Source: Eledone cirrhosa (taxonomy: Eukaryota). Taken from it: 64,000 nt of DNA. Below are positions 13,528-26,880 of this stretch, in pieces. Position numbers and translations under genes: made by a program. The notes beneath the pieces were generated by a model. That model had not been told where the DNA came from. It worked only from the letters and a program-made list of their open reading frames with translations, and ran no database searches. Within the stretch, counting starts at the first letter, position 1. Every line of letters begins with the position of its first letter. Where the stretch lies: NCBI GenBank assembly GCA_964016885.1, contig OZ024748.1:49910001-49974000 (forward strand), read 5' to 3'.

Positions 13528-13753
13528 TTCTTCTTCTTCTTCTTCTTCTTCTTCTTCTTCTTCTTCTTCTTCTTCTTCTTCTTCTTCTTCTTCTTCTTCT
13601 TCTTCTTCTTCTTCTCCTTCTCCTCCTCCTCCTCCTCCTCCTCCTCCTTCTTCTTCTTCTTCTTCTTCTTCTTCTTCTTCTTCTTCTTCTTCTTCTTCTT
13701 CTTCTTCTTCTTCTTCTTCTTCTTCTTCTTCTTCTTCTTCTTCTTCTTCTTCT
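13528..13753. repeat. (CTT)n/(CCT)n trinucleotide microsatellite
   Basis: Directly visible. Confidence 0.95.
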
Positions 13754-14237
13754 AGTTGATATATTTTCTCTTATCCTCCTCCCTACTTAATCTCTCACCC
13801 ACATCCCAATAACCAACATTGCCCTACAATAATACATGTTCAATACAGTGTCTACATCAAAAAAACAGCTTCTTTCATCTTTTTACACATTTAACCTTGA
13901 TGCTTCCCTCCATATCTTTCTCTCACTGTCTTTATTCCATATTTATTAAAATTCTCATTTCAGTGTCTTCCTATCTCTCCATTTCTCTCTCTATTACTAT
14001 CAATATTTCTATCTCTCTCTACTAACATACAATTTTCCGAACGCTTGAGGTTAATAATATTATTATTATTAATAAAAATAGTGATAAGAATACTATTAAC
14101 AACAACAACAATAATATTCTGATTTACGTACTAGACCAAAGCTTTTTTGGGGAGGAGGGGAAAGTCAATTAAATTGACCCAAGTGCATTACTGGTACTTT
14201 ATTTTATCGGCCCTATAAGGATGAAAGGCAAAGCTGA

Positions 14238-15535
14238 ATAGGATGCACCAACCGAAAGCAGATGTGGATTATCTTTACCTTCCTAGAACTCAAGGTGGCC
14301 GATCCAATTTGAACTTACCTACACGACCACCACTTTTGGACTGGCCAAATACCTTGAAACAACAAACGGCTGTATGCTGAAACTTGTTGAAAAACATGAG
14401 AGAAGTAAGAAGCTTCATTCTATCTTGAAGGAGAGCAAAAAATATGCTACTGATATCATGCTTGATCCCCAGGTTGGACAGACTAAGGAAAGTTTGCAAT
14501 TGATGCTTCTAAGTACATAATATTAATGGCAAAAGCAAAAGGACAAGAGCAATTAGTTTCAAAGTGGGAGCAGAAACCTCTGCATGGCAAATATGCGGTC
14601 CGTAGGAAACAAGATGATTTTGACCAAAAGCACACCTATCAGGGACTACGTAGCTCAGGGCTAAAAGCAGAAAGTGAAGGCTTCATCTTAGCTGACCAAG
14701 ATCAAAGATTACTGACAGAGAATTACCAATGTGATGAGAAATAGAGTAAATTCAAAGTGCCGATTCTGCAATGTTTAGGTTGAAACAGTGGACCACCTAG
14801 TTTCTGGATGTAAAGTTTTAGCCCCAGTAGAGTACAAATATAGACGTGACAGAGTTGGTCAATCTACACTGGGTAATATGTCGGCATTATCAAATCAAAA
14901 CTGTTGACAAGTGGTACAATCATCACCCTGAAGCTGCAACTGAAAAAGAAAAAGTAACAATTCTTTGAGACTTTCCTGTACATACTAACTGGACCATAAA
15001 AGCTAACAGACCAGATATCATTGTAAAAGACCAACATAGCAAGCTCTGTTTATTGATTGATATGAGCACCCTATGTGATCACAATATCGCGGCAAAAGAA
15101 TTTGACAAGAAAATATAAAGATGTGCTTATTGAAATCGAACAAGTGTGGCACCCCAAGACCGTTACAATACCAGTGATAGTGGGAGAACTGGGAATAATC
15201 AAGAAAGGAACATAGTATTTGCGAATGATTCCTGGTTTACTCTCTTTGCAAGAGGTGCAAAATGTTGTTTTGACTGGTACTGCACACGTATTGAGAAGAG
15301 CACTATCTCTGTGAAAATGATATCCCTTCTTGTGTGGATGTGTGTGTGCGAGAGAAAGAGAGAGAGTAGAGCACTATCTCTGTTAGACTGATAAGCTGTA
15401 AATTATATTTAATGTGGTTGTGTTAGCTGGCTTACCAATGTATACAGTGAATTTATTTGCCCTAGGTGTCAGGAAGACACTCGGCATATATCAAAAACAA
15501 CACCGAAGGGAAAGGAAAAGAAAAATAATAATAAC
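14238..15535 (+). mobile_element. R4/Dong-clade non-LTR retrotransposon 3' part (CCHC knuckle and restriction-like endonuclease), decayed
   Basis: LYLPRTQGG, WEQKPLHGKY, LKAESEGFILADQDQ, CRFC..ETVDHLVSGC, ANRPDIIV, LIDMS, K.Y motifs across frameshifts; ends in a short TAA-rich tail; abuts a truncated minus-strand SINE (14113-14237). Confidence 0.8.
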
Positions 15536-15650
15536 AACACCAGGAGAAAGATCTCCTCTATGGAAAATGTTCACAATGTTATGGTGTCCAGAAACATAAA
15601 TTTCAATGATGAAGAAATTTCACGAAGAGATGCTTGAGTGATATAGTAAT

Positions 15651-15878
15651 TTCATAGACTGACGAAGATACTCTCATGGAATGACCAAATAAAGTCTTTT
15701 TTTCAACATAGGTCCTTGAAAGAAACAATGTAGTTATTAAGAAGCATAGGTTTCCTCGAAATCTTGCATGCCTTAATTTCAACTATTCTTATTAATAACT
15801 GAATTGTTTTTTTCCTGGGACTATTTTGAAAACACCACATTTAGTCATTCCATGAGATCAACTTGGTCAGTCTGTGAA
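15651..15878. mobile_element. Mariner-derived MITE remnant
   Basis: Imperfect ~40-bp inverted ends TTCATAGACTGACGAAGATACTCTCATGGAATGAC / GTCATTCCATGAGATCAACTTGGTCAGTCTGTGAA; related to 21227-21436. Confidence 0.6.
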
Positions 15879-16355
15879 CATTTATATATATATATATATT
15901 AAAATTTTGATAAATTCATAAAGTAATTAAACATATTGTCTGACAAAAGTATAGATTACTCAAAGTGTTACAGATAGTCACTATTAGAACCTAGGGTTAG
16001 CTCTACTAATATAAATTTAGAATTAAACATTTAATTAGGAGCAGTAACATAGAAATTTAAGGGTAAGATATTATCTAGAAAAATGTATCCAAATTATGCC
16101 TATTTGTACGATTATATAGGTGCAATGGTGTAAGAAGATCTGAGAGTTACTATAAGATGGATTCTTACCATCCATATACATACCTGTATATATATATGCA
16201 TAGACGCACTGCTAAAGAAACATAGGATAGCAAGTCAAAGAACTTACATGGTGAAATTTCGATTATTTTGAGATCAGATAGGAAGTAAAAAAGCTTACTT
16301 AAGCATGGTAAAATGCGAATTTTACCATGCTTAAGTAAGTTCTTAAATGTATATA

Positions 16356-18859
16356 CAGTGAGTCCTCGATATACGGTATATATGCGTTCCTGAAACCCTT
16401 ACCGTATATCGAATTACCGTATAAAGAACCCATTGTAACATGAAATAGATAGGGATGCGTTCCAGCACATCGAAAAAGTCATCCCTACAGAAAAGAAATA
16501 ATGTTTCTTTTTTATTTACTGTACTTTACACATGCCGCATAGTCCATCAAATGATGTGCCACTTTATTTGTCCCTCCCTAGGCTAAGGGACAGTATGGGT
16601 TTCAGCCCTTACTCATCTTGGGCTGAGTTGGCAGGGGAGGATGAAGGTGATGTGGGAGGCTCAAAACCAACAAACTCGTTGACTGCAGTAGATGTTAAAG
16701 GGCCAGCTGTAGCACGGTTGGCAGGTGTGACTGGCTTGAAGAAAGAGTAGATGGAGGACTGTTTGGCGGTGTTTCTTTTGGCTTCATACATTTCTTGGTA
16801 AATCTTGACGATTTTTCGACGTCTTGAGCCACTTTGCTGCTCCTAGCAGGGTTGGGGTCACGCTCCTTCAGGGTTTCTAAGATTGTTTCGATACTCCCGA
16901 GACATTCTCTTAGAATTTTTATGTTCAAGCCACGCACAGGTTCTTCTTCCTCCTCTTCTTCTTTTTCTGTCTCCTGTTTCGCCTTGTCTAGTTCTATGAG
17001 TTCATCATTGGAGAATGGTTCAGCGTCTTTCCAAAAGGTCTTGCACATCATCATCATTAACACCATCGAAGCCAGCTCTATGGCAGAGATTTACAATATC
17101 TTTTTTTCTCGCACCAATATCCTCAGCAAAGCATTGGAAGTCATTCACACACGCTCGCCATAATTTCTTCCAGGCCAAGTTCATGGTAGACTGCTTCACT
17201 TCTTCCCAAGATGCCTTGACGTTGTTTAAGCCGTGCTTGATGTTGTACAATTTCCACCATTCCCTGATCGTGAGCTTGTCTGGCCCATCTGTGCCCTTTA
17301 TCAGCTGCTGCATGGTTCTCCGCTGGTAGTATGCCTTAAATGTTTTGATGACTGTTTGATCCATCGTCTGAATGAGAGCTGTGGTGTTTGGGGAGGGGGG
17401 GGGGGGAAACCTCAATATTTTCTGACCAGTCTTCCATTGCCCGTGGCTGGCTGGGGGCCACTAATAACAGAAAACGGTTGGCAACGTTGTTAGCTAATGC
17501 ATATTCCTTAAGGGTTGGTGACAGATATGAGGTGAAAAAATCCCGGTGAATTGAAGTGATCAGCCATGCCTTCTTATTAGACTTTCATATCACTGGTAGG
17601 TATTGCTTAAGTAACCCCTTGAGTGCTCTTGGAGTTTCAGAATGGTAGATAATGAGTGGCTTTAGCTTTAAATCTCCTTCTGCATTCCCTCCAAGTAACA
17701 GAGTAACGCGGTCCTTTGAGGCTTTGAAACCCTTCGCACTTTTCTCCTCCTTGTCAATTACTGGTATTACTGGTCATCTTTTTCCAATAAAGTCCTGTTT
17801 CATCATAATTAATAACCTGCTTTTTTCTGTACCCCTTCTCTGCAATGCATTTCTATAACTCTGCCTTGAATTTTTCAGCACTCTCTTTGTCGGAACTGGC
17901 AGCCTCACCTGTAACTTTTATGTTGTGAAGACTCGAACGTCGTTTGAACTTATCAAACCAGCCTTTGCTTGTCTTGAATACAAAGTCCTCCACCCCCATT
18001 TCAGTCTTGAGCCTGTCAATAATGGACAATGCTTTCTCACTGATTACATTTAAAGACAAAGGCATATTTTGACGATTTTGGTCGTCGATCCAAATTTTGA
18101 GCAACCTTTCCATCATATCCATAATCGGTTCACGATGTTTGGTCAACAATTTACTCTGTAGACTCGTAGCATTCTCCCCAGCTTTTTTTGACAGCCTCAC
18201 TATTTTTTAAAACAGTCCAGACTGTAGACTGGGCTAGGCCTAAGTTACGACATATGGCGGACGTACCTTTCTCCTGTTCCTTCCTTTTCAAAATGTCCAG
18301 CTTTATCTCCAAAGTCAGGCTTTTCCTCATGCGTTTGGTCTTTCCATCTGCATCAGCAATATTCGCAGGACGTTTTGGGCCCATGAGATATGGGGTTATA
18401 AGATATGTCGTGATAATTATGCTTCAAAAACACGCCGTCAGATTTTCTCTTACTTTGAATAACGTCATAACTCTTAACTGATCACTTCAGTTCGGCAAAT
18501 ATTCTCTCACTGAGAGGACACGCTAGTTTGCCGAACTGAAGTGATCAGTTAAGAGTTATGACGTCATCGATCGATATCTGAACTCGCTCGTGATTGGCCA
18601 GTTTCTCGTAAGGTCAGTTAGTACGATAGCAGTACTAACACAATTTTCCTAGAATTCGAATAGCAGTCAGTTTCCACGAATTCAAGGGGGAATTTATTGC
18701 TTACTACAGGTGGCGCTACGGTACAATATAAACAAAACACGACCAAAAACCGTATCTATGAATTTTTTTTACCGTAAATAGAATTGATGGTAGTAATTAC
18801 CCAAAGCCCTATGTGTGAATTTACCGGATAAAAAACTACCGTATATCGAGGACCCACTG
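16356..18859 (-). mobile_element. Full-length Tigger/pogo DNA transposon (about 2.5 kb)
   Basis: 23-bp TIRs CAGTGAGTCCTCGATATACGGTA / TACCGTATATCGAGGACCCACTG (1 mismatch), TA on both sides, subterminal ACCGTA repeats. Confidence 0.93.
16609..18384 (-). pseudogene. Tigger transposase (CENP-B/psq HTH, Tc5 HTH, DDE_1), frameshifted
   Basis: MGPKR..RKSLTLEIKLDIL; MERLLKIWIDDQ..FKTSKGWFDKFKRR..KVTGEAAS; PNTTALIQTMDQTVIKTFKAYY; C-terminal KQSSIYSFFK, split over several frames. Confidence 0.9.
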
Positions 18860-19028
18860 TATATGTATATGGATGGTAAGAATCGATCTTATAACAACTC
18901 TTCTCTCAGATCTTCTTACACCATTACACCTATATAATCGTACAAATAGGCATAATTTGGATACATTTGTCTAGACAATCTCTTACCTTTAAATCTTTAT
19001 ATATGTATATGTTTATATATATATATTG

Positions 19029-19207
<179 letters not shown>

Positions 19208-19250
19208 GTAAAACGAAATGTTTAGTGTTTATATGTATATATATATATAT

Positions 19251-19309
<59 letters not shown>

Positions 19310-19310
19310 T

Positions 19311-19363
19311 ACAGAATTAGCCGTCGAAACGGCTTGAGCTCAGCCGTCGGGGTCTTACTTGTT

Positions 19364-19367
<4 letters not shown>
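19311..19367 (+). mobile_element. Family A single short arm in (TA)n
   Basis: CAGAATTAGCCGTCGAAACGGCTTGAGCTCAGCCGTCGGGGTCTTACTTGTTCCTA. Confidence 0.75.
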
Positions 19368-19410
<43 letters not shown>

Positions 19411-19495
19411 AAAAGGTAAACAGAAATAACAACACAATCGGTACAGTATATAGAAGGGATATATTAGGTTAACGCTTGATATAGCAGGAAGAAGG

Positions 19496-19531
19496 TCTTA
19501 ACGTTTCGGACGCTAGTCCTTCATCAGAAGA
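19496..19531 (-). ncRNA. Minimal hammerhead ribozyme, family E
   Basis: Minus strand UCUU-CUGAUGA-A-GGAC(UAGC)GUCC-GAAACGUU-AAGA; decayed relative at 41013-41050. Confidence 0.7.
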
Positions 19532-19921
19532 AAGAATGAGAAATAAAATAGATTAAGAGGACGGGCGGGAAGTATTCAGATTACACATTAGGAGATGGAG
19601 TCTCCGGTATAGTCTGATGTTGTCCTCGAGCTCGTCCTGGGAAGTTCTGCAAAGACACTGGTAGTAAGCTGCACTAGTATTTGTACTTCTATAGGACAAC
19701 ATCGGTGACGTGAAGAGGATATATTTCCTGCATATATAATTCCGGCGGTTCCATAAAATATTGCTAGGCTATCTGCTTTAGAAAGGAAGCTTCTCTGTTG
19801 TTTCATCGCCTTCTTCCATCACAAACTGAGAAACAAGATTTTTGGAGTAGATCTATGGTTTCTTGAGATATACAGATGTAAAAGTACAAGCACACACATA
19901 TATCCACACACATATATATAA

Positions 19922-19959
<38 letters not shown>

Positions 19960-20759
19960 GTATGTAATTGTGTATGTATGTACATACATGCACACACTTG
20001 TAGAAACGGTCGGAGAAACATACATTATATATGTATATATAGTTATATATACACATACACACTCACACACATACATATATAGATATATAAATGTGTATAT
20101 ATCAGTGTTTCTCTGTGCGTTTCTACAAGCGTGTGTTTGTATGTATGTATCTTCTGTTTGAATGCGTATAATATAAATTTGGCAGTAATATTCGGGTTTT
20201 AGGTGAAAATTAACAGAAATAAAGAAAATAGAATTTATTGATCTTGAATAAATAATTACGAAATGCATTTATCATTCAAATGACTGAAAGGAAAAACAGA
20301 TTTTTAACAATAAACTTTCATCATATCGATATATCATATAATTTAACATCATGTGTTTACCTATATTATTTCATCTCACTGATAGATCTATTACCATAAC
20401 TTCTACACTTTTGTTTTAGTTCACTTCTTTCTCTCCCTGTTACATCAAATTGTCAAGATATAATTGCTCTTAAGATTTTGATCATTTCTCATGAAATAGA
20501 AGTTTTATTATAAATTACTCTTCTACGTTTAGAGAGCTGATGATGGATTTGACCTTTTCACTTTAACTTTTAAAACTAAAAAGAATGTTAATAATATCTA
20601 TGACAATAAACTATATATATATATATATGGAAGTAAATCTATTCAACATGCCACCATATAATCAATGACAATAACACCATGAATAATTTGAACGAAAACA
20701 AAAAAACAAAAAAACAAAAAAACAAAAAAACAAAAAAACAAAAACAAAATGAAGAATCA

Positions 20760-20972
20760 TAATTGTTTCTACTTTTAGAACAAAGCAAGCAATTTGAATG
20801 GAAAGGAGAAAGTTTATGAAATCAATCCCAGTGCGTTACTGGTACTTTATTTTATCGACTCTGTTAGGATAAAAGGCAAAGCTAACATCGGCGGGAATTG
20901 AACTTAGAACATAGAAATGTGTGACTAAATGCCGCAAAGAATGTTGTCCGACGCTCTAGTGAAATATACTGC
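20760..20972 (-). mobile_element. Major SINE, diverged
   Basis: Reverse complement of the SINE core (CTGGTACTTTATTTTATCGAC..AGGCAAAG). Confidence 0.65.
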
Positions 20973-21226
20973 CCTGATAATTATCATTTCTACATTTGGT
21001 ACAAGGCGTCACTTTTAACTGGGTTTAGAAGTCTACAGCTGGGCTTATTAGTGAGGTCAACTTTGTGAACTTTCATTGATATAAAATCGGTTTCGCAAAG
21101 CAATCACATCTCGTATCAATTTTTAATTCGTTTAGCGGTAGTCTTAGCTTCTTTATTTATCGGTTAATATGTGTCCAATACTGATTTCTGATATTTTCTT
21201 ATAGTGTTAAGTACCTCCCTTTCTGT

Positions 21227-21436
21227 GAGGGTCGACTGAAAGGTTCATAGGCTGAAAAGTTCATAGGCTGATCAAGATATTCTCATAGAATGACCAAATG
21301 AAGTTTATTTTTCCACATTCCCCGGAAAGAAACAATGCAGTTATTAAAAAGAAGAGTTGAAATTAATGCATGCAAGATTTCACAGCTCTAGCAACAATCC
21401 TTCATAGTCACCCTATGAGCTTTCAGCCGACCTTCG
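21227..21436. mobile_element. Mariner-type MITE
   Basis: Ends GAGGGTCGACTGAAAGGTTCATAGG / CCTATGAGCTTTCAGCCGACCTTCG followed by TA. Confidence 0.65.
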
Positions 21437-21911
21437 TAAAGAGATTCTTACTCTTATTAACAACTAGCAGAAATTGTATTTTCCACGGCTTTGTCAAACC
21501 AAATATTGGTCATAAAAGTCAGAAACATACACCAGAATACAAAACATAGAGTCATGTAAATCCTCAAACACAGACTAAATGACCAAATTATGCGGATTTT
21601 GCACTATTGAATAGATGGTAAGGAATAGCTAAACGTAAAGGGTGGCATTTCTGCATCTTATTCTCATTTTAAGAAGTATTTTGGTTTCTCCTTTAAAATA
21701 CCCCTCCTATCTTACCAACCTTCTCAGCAGGCGGACGACCTATTGTAATAGATTTTCTACAAAACCTTCTTCTCTAAGTATAAATTCTATGTTTGTATAC
21801 ATTTACCTAGTGCCTAGTCATACTTACCTGATACACTGAGACAAACACTATCATTAATACTCCAGTATTGATTTGATCATAGAAGTAGTTATGTATGTGT
21901 GCATGTATATT

Positions 21912-22011
<100 letters not shown>

Positions 22012-22541
22012 TGTGTGTTTGTGTGTGTATGTATGTGTGCATACACGGATAGATACTTAGGAAATAAGAATATACACAATGCTGAAATAAAAACTAACAG
22101 TGACAACAAGAAATACAACACCAACATCAAAAATGATAAAAAAACAATAACAACATCAACAACAATAACAACAACAGTACCAATAATAATGATAATAGCA
22201 ATAATAAATATATAATCATGGAATAAAAACGGAAACGAGAATTGTATACTTTGTATATAAGCTGAAATAATTCTTACATTTGAGTACCATGCTTAGCTTA
22301 CTCATAGACCGAAATAAGTTATTGAGCAAAGAAATATCGAATTCCCTGAATTATTGTGCCTGCACGAGTTTTGCCTGAAAGAATTTGGATTCTATAAGAA
22401 AACCTCCTTATTTTCAACATCGCATAAGATTTTTGCTTACTTTTCCTACATTTTAAATAATGCCTTCGGATAGAAACCTGCTTGGGCTAATTGAAAGGCC
22501 AGAAAAAGAAGACAAGGAAAAGTGGTTACGTGGGTGTGTGT

Positions 22542-22602
<61 letters not shown>

Positions 22603-22854
22603 CAAATATATATGTGTGTGTGTGTGTATATATGTATATATATGTATGTATATATGAATACATATAAATATATATATATGTATATATGTATATATATATA
22701 TATATATATGCATGCATATATATATATATATGTATATATGTATATATATGAATATATATATATATGTATGTGCATATATATGTATATATGAATACATATA
22801 TATATATATATACATGCATATATATATACATGCATATACATGCATATATATACA

Positions 22855-22931
<77 letters not shown>

Positions 22932-23095
22932 GAATACATATATACATGCATATATATGTATATGTATATATATATGTATATATATATATATATATATGCA
23001 TACATATATATGTATATATATATATGTATGTGCATATATATAAATATGTATATATATATATATATATGCATGTCTTTATATATATATATATATGC

Positions 23096-23232
<137 letters not shown>

Positions 23233-24122
23233 TATATATATATTTATATATATATATATGAGAGTGGAGGATGAGAGAAGGTAAAAAGACAATCAGCATC
23301 ACAATAGAGCGATCTCTCCCCCCTCCCCTCCCCAACCAAATTTCTGCTTCAATAACAACAGCATGAACACCTATAGAAGCAACATCACCAAGGCCAACAT
23401 CTCCAGCAATAAAAAATAATACAACAACAAACTGAAGAACAAGGAGAGAAATTGATTAATGTAGATTCCCTTGCAATGCTTTAGGCAAATCAATTTCGCC
23501 GGCAATCTTTTCTCTTCTCTCTTTTTTCTCACTTTTTACCTTCATTTTCATTTTATAACTTATAAATAATGATGATATGGAGGTATTTTATGTAGATTGT
23601 GGTGATGGTAATAACCATGGTTATGGGAATGTTGTTGTTCTAGATGATGATAATGATGGTGGTGATGAAGATAATAATGGCGATGATGAAGATAATGATG
23701 ATGATAATGTTGAAGACTTATTACGATGACCATAATGCTGTTGATTTTGATGAAGTTGATGGTGATGATGCTGATGATGTTGGTTGATAAATAACCATGG
23801 TGACCAAGATGTTGTGGATTGTGATAATGATGGTGATGAGGAACAGAAGAACGAGAGTGAAAAAAGATGATGAAAATGATGATGATGAAAAAAAAAATGT
23901 ATATATAAATACATATATACATTCATGCACACATACATATGGATATTAATAATGATAAAAGCGTTGTTAATGATGGCGATTGTGTTGATAACGGTGATGG
24001 TGCTGGCGTTAACTTTTAGTAATGGTGATGATGAAGATTTAGACAAAAATGGTGTTGGAATCCATGTTGTTTATGATCACCCATATGGAATATAAAGCTC
24101 AGAATATACCAGAAACCCAAAT

Positions 24123-24312
24123 AATAATTGTTTCTACTTTAGGCACAAGGCCAGCAATTACTCAGTACATTACTGGTACTTTATTTTATCGACCCCGTAA
24201 GTATGAAAGGCAAAGTTAACCTCGACGGGATTTGAACTCAGAATGGCAAGGGCCGTAACTCTATGCGTCAAAGCATGGCGTCCGACCCTCTACCGATACT
24301 GACAATTCACCA
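24123..24312 (-). mobile_element. Major SINE, young subfamily
   Basis: Near-identical to the reverse complement of 43457-43650. Confidence 0.85.
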
Positions 24313-24315
24313 ATA

Positions 24316-25351
24316 ATAATGTGTTCTTTATTAATCACAAGGGTTGACACAAAGCATAACATTAAGGACAGCATAGAACGGAACAAATGGGCGTTTCTAT
24401 GGGTAAAGACAAAAAACATAACAAATATAGGATGTTTAAAAAAAATGAAACAAAGGAAAATTCGCCAATAGAGGGGAGACTTCCGAGGGTCACTCGTGGA
24501 GGAAGCCCACAAAAAAACCACGCCGACCCGGACAACAGGGCAAGTGCTCTCTCCTAGTCCCCCCCCCCTCAAATCTACAGGCACATACTCAGAGCAGGCC
24601 CATACACTCGGGCCATGCTTGCCTCTCTCTTCATCTTTCAACAAATTGCTAGGAAGAGAGCAGTTCCCTCTCCACCCTGATTTTCCATTTTCCTTTTCAA
24701 ATGAAATTTGAAAAAGTTAACCAAGTCTTTCAAAGACGTCCACCGCACAGCCTTGGTCACCAGGCAGATAAAAACTGCCTGCCCCTTCTGGTTAAAGGAG
24801 GGCGGAGGGTCAATCTTCACGTTGGAATCAGATGGTAGCCGGATCTGTCCTACTCGCAACATCAGGTGTTCGAAATAAACCCACAAGTCAGCAATGCTCG
24901 GACACTGGACGAGTGCGAGCAGGACGGTTTCGTTGTCCTGCGCGCATCTCGGACATGTCCGGCTGACGGCACGTCCATGTCTGTAGATTTTATATCTGAA
25001 CTGGCAAAGCTCCTCGGTAGCACTGGCAGGTCAGGGATTTCTGGAAGTTGTCCTTGGGCCCCCGCCCGAAAGTTCTCCCGCAGAGATCGGCTAGTTGATT
25101 TTCATCGATGACCAGAGTCTTCCCAAGGACGTCGTCGCTCTTCTCTCCCCCCTACTAATCCTCAATAGAACGCCATTGTGGAGTTTCCACCGATCGTAGT
25201 GCCCGTTTGGCTGAGCTTTGTGAGCCCCCGAAAACATTCCAGTCTCCAAGAGTTTCATCTCGGTCTGCGCTTGACCCAGGACTGCAGCTCCATCAAAGAG
25301 ATGAGATGTCTGTTCACCATCAAGGAGGAGGTGAAGATGCCGTATCCTGAT
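24316..25351 (-). mobile_element. L1/Tx1-clade LINE 3' fragment (zf-RVT region and 3' UTR)
   Basis: Minus strand FQKSLTCQCYRGALPV..KIYRHG..TCPRCAQDNETVLLALVQCPSIADLW..FFKFHLKRK; tail CCCTTGTGATTAATAAAG. Confidence 0.75.
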
Positions 25352-25365
25352 AAGAAAGTATATAT

Positions 25366-25409
<44 letters not shown>

Positions 25410-25466
25410 GTTTTTATATATATATATATATAATTGGTTTGTCTTAAATATATTTGTCTTATATAT

Positions 25467-25551
<85 letters not shown>

Positions 25552-25554
<3 letters not shown>

Positions 25555-25753
25555 TTAATATAGATGAGATTCTACAGGACTAGAACTGTTTCATTCTTTA
25601 GAAATCATCAGGAATCTCATACCTGATGATTTCTAAAGAATGAAACAGGTCTAGTCCTGTAGAATCTCATCTATATTAAAACCTTTATACTCTGCAATGT
25701 ATTGAGTACCTTACTTACTGTGGTTACCTCCGATTCAATCCGGAATAACGTTT
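25552..25753. mobile_element. Family B palindromic HHR element in (TA)n
   Basis: Inverted arms meet at about 25619-25622; right arm extends into a tail; mirror-image copy at 35096-35285. Confidence 0.85.
25566..25618 (-). ncRNA. Type I hammerhead ribozyme, family B
   Basis: GAGAUUC-CUGAUGA-UUUCUAAAGAAU-GAAACAG(UUCUAGUC)CUGUA-GAAUCUC: 7-bp stem I, 4-bp stem III, GUA site; U-U at the base of stem II. Confidence 0.8.
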
Positions 25754-26016
25754 ATATATATATATATATAAAACATGTTTATATATACATATACATATAT
25801 ACATGTTTATATATATATATATATATATATAGAATTTAGTATATCTACTAACATATGCGTACAGATGTACGCTAATGCTAGCAAATACATAAGTTATGTC
25901 ATAGTACCTAGGTGGTTCAATGCAGGAGTATGCAGAACAATAATATGAAGGACGTAAAATAAGAAAATAAAAAAAAAAAAAAGATTTAAAAGATTAACTT
26001 ACTTACTAAAATTTTC

Positions 26017-26098
26017 ACTCCAACTAATTAGTTTCTGCAATGGGATAAAGACAGTTACGTAATATAACCGTCGAGAATTCATTGCGTCATCAGGGAGT
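26017..26098 (-). ncRNA. Type I hammerhead ribozyme, family D
   Basis: ACUCC-CUGAUGA-CGCAAUG..CAUUGCA-GAAACUAAUUAGUU-GGAGU. Confidence 0.78.
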
Positions 26099-26730
26099 CT
26101 ATTCTCAGCTAAGTCTTCAGGCAATGCGCGGACACTGGGGACTCATATAAAAATAATAATAATTCGGTAGATGGAACAGCTAGCGGGGACTGGATTCCAT
26201 GCACTGAAAAGCTCGCTGTCTCTGGTCAAATGGCAGATTCTAAAGAATCAATCACGTGACACTGAGACTAGCCGGAAGGAGTGGGATGGTAAGATGACAG
26301 AAGCCTACTACCACACCAATGAATTAGTAGTGGTTTTGGCAGGTTTGCTCAACAAATAAATAATTTGGAGATAAATATAGAGAATTTAGTATATCTACTA
26401 ACATATGCGTACAGATGTACGCTAATGCTAGCAAATACATAAGTTATGTCATAGTACCTAGGTGGTTCAATGCAGGAGTATGCAGAACAATAATATGAAG
26501 GACGTAAAATAAGTGTGGTAGTAGGCTTCTGTCATCTTACCATCCCACTCCTTCCGACTAGCCTCAGTGTCACGTGATTGATTCTTTAGAATCTGCCATT
26601 TGACCAGAGACAGCGAGCTTTTCAGTGCATGGAATCCAGTCCCCGCAAGCTGTTCCATCTACCGAATTATTATTATTTTTATATGAGTCCCCAGAGTCCG
26701 CGCATTGCCTGGAGACTTAGCTGAGAATAG

Positions 26731-26812
26731 ACTCCCTGATGACGCAATGAATTCTCGACGGTTATATTACGTAACTGTCTTCATCCCATTGCAGAAACTA
26801 ATTAGTTGGAGT
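26731..26812 (+). ncRNA. Type I hammerhead ribozyme, family D
   Basis: Stem I ACTCC/GGAGT; CTGATGA 26736-26742; GCAATG/CATTGC stem II; GAAA 26794-26797; palindrome AACTAATTAGTT; GUU site 26805-26807. Confidence 0.78.
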
Positions 26813-26880
26813 GAACATTTTAGTAAGTAAGTTAATTTTTTAAATCTTTTTTTTTTTTTAAATTTTCTTATTTTACGTCC

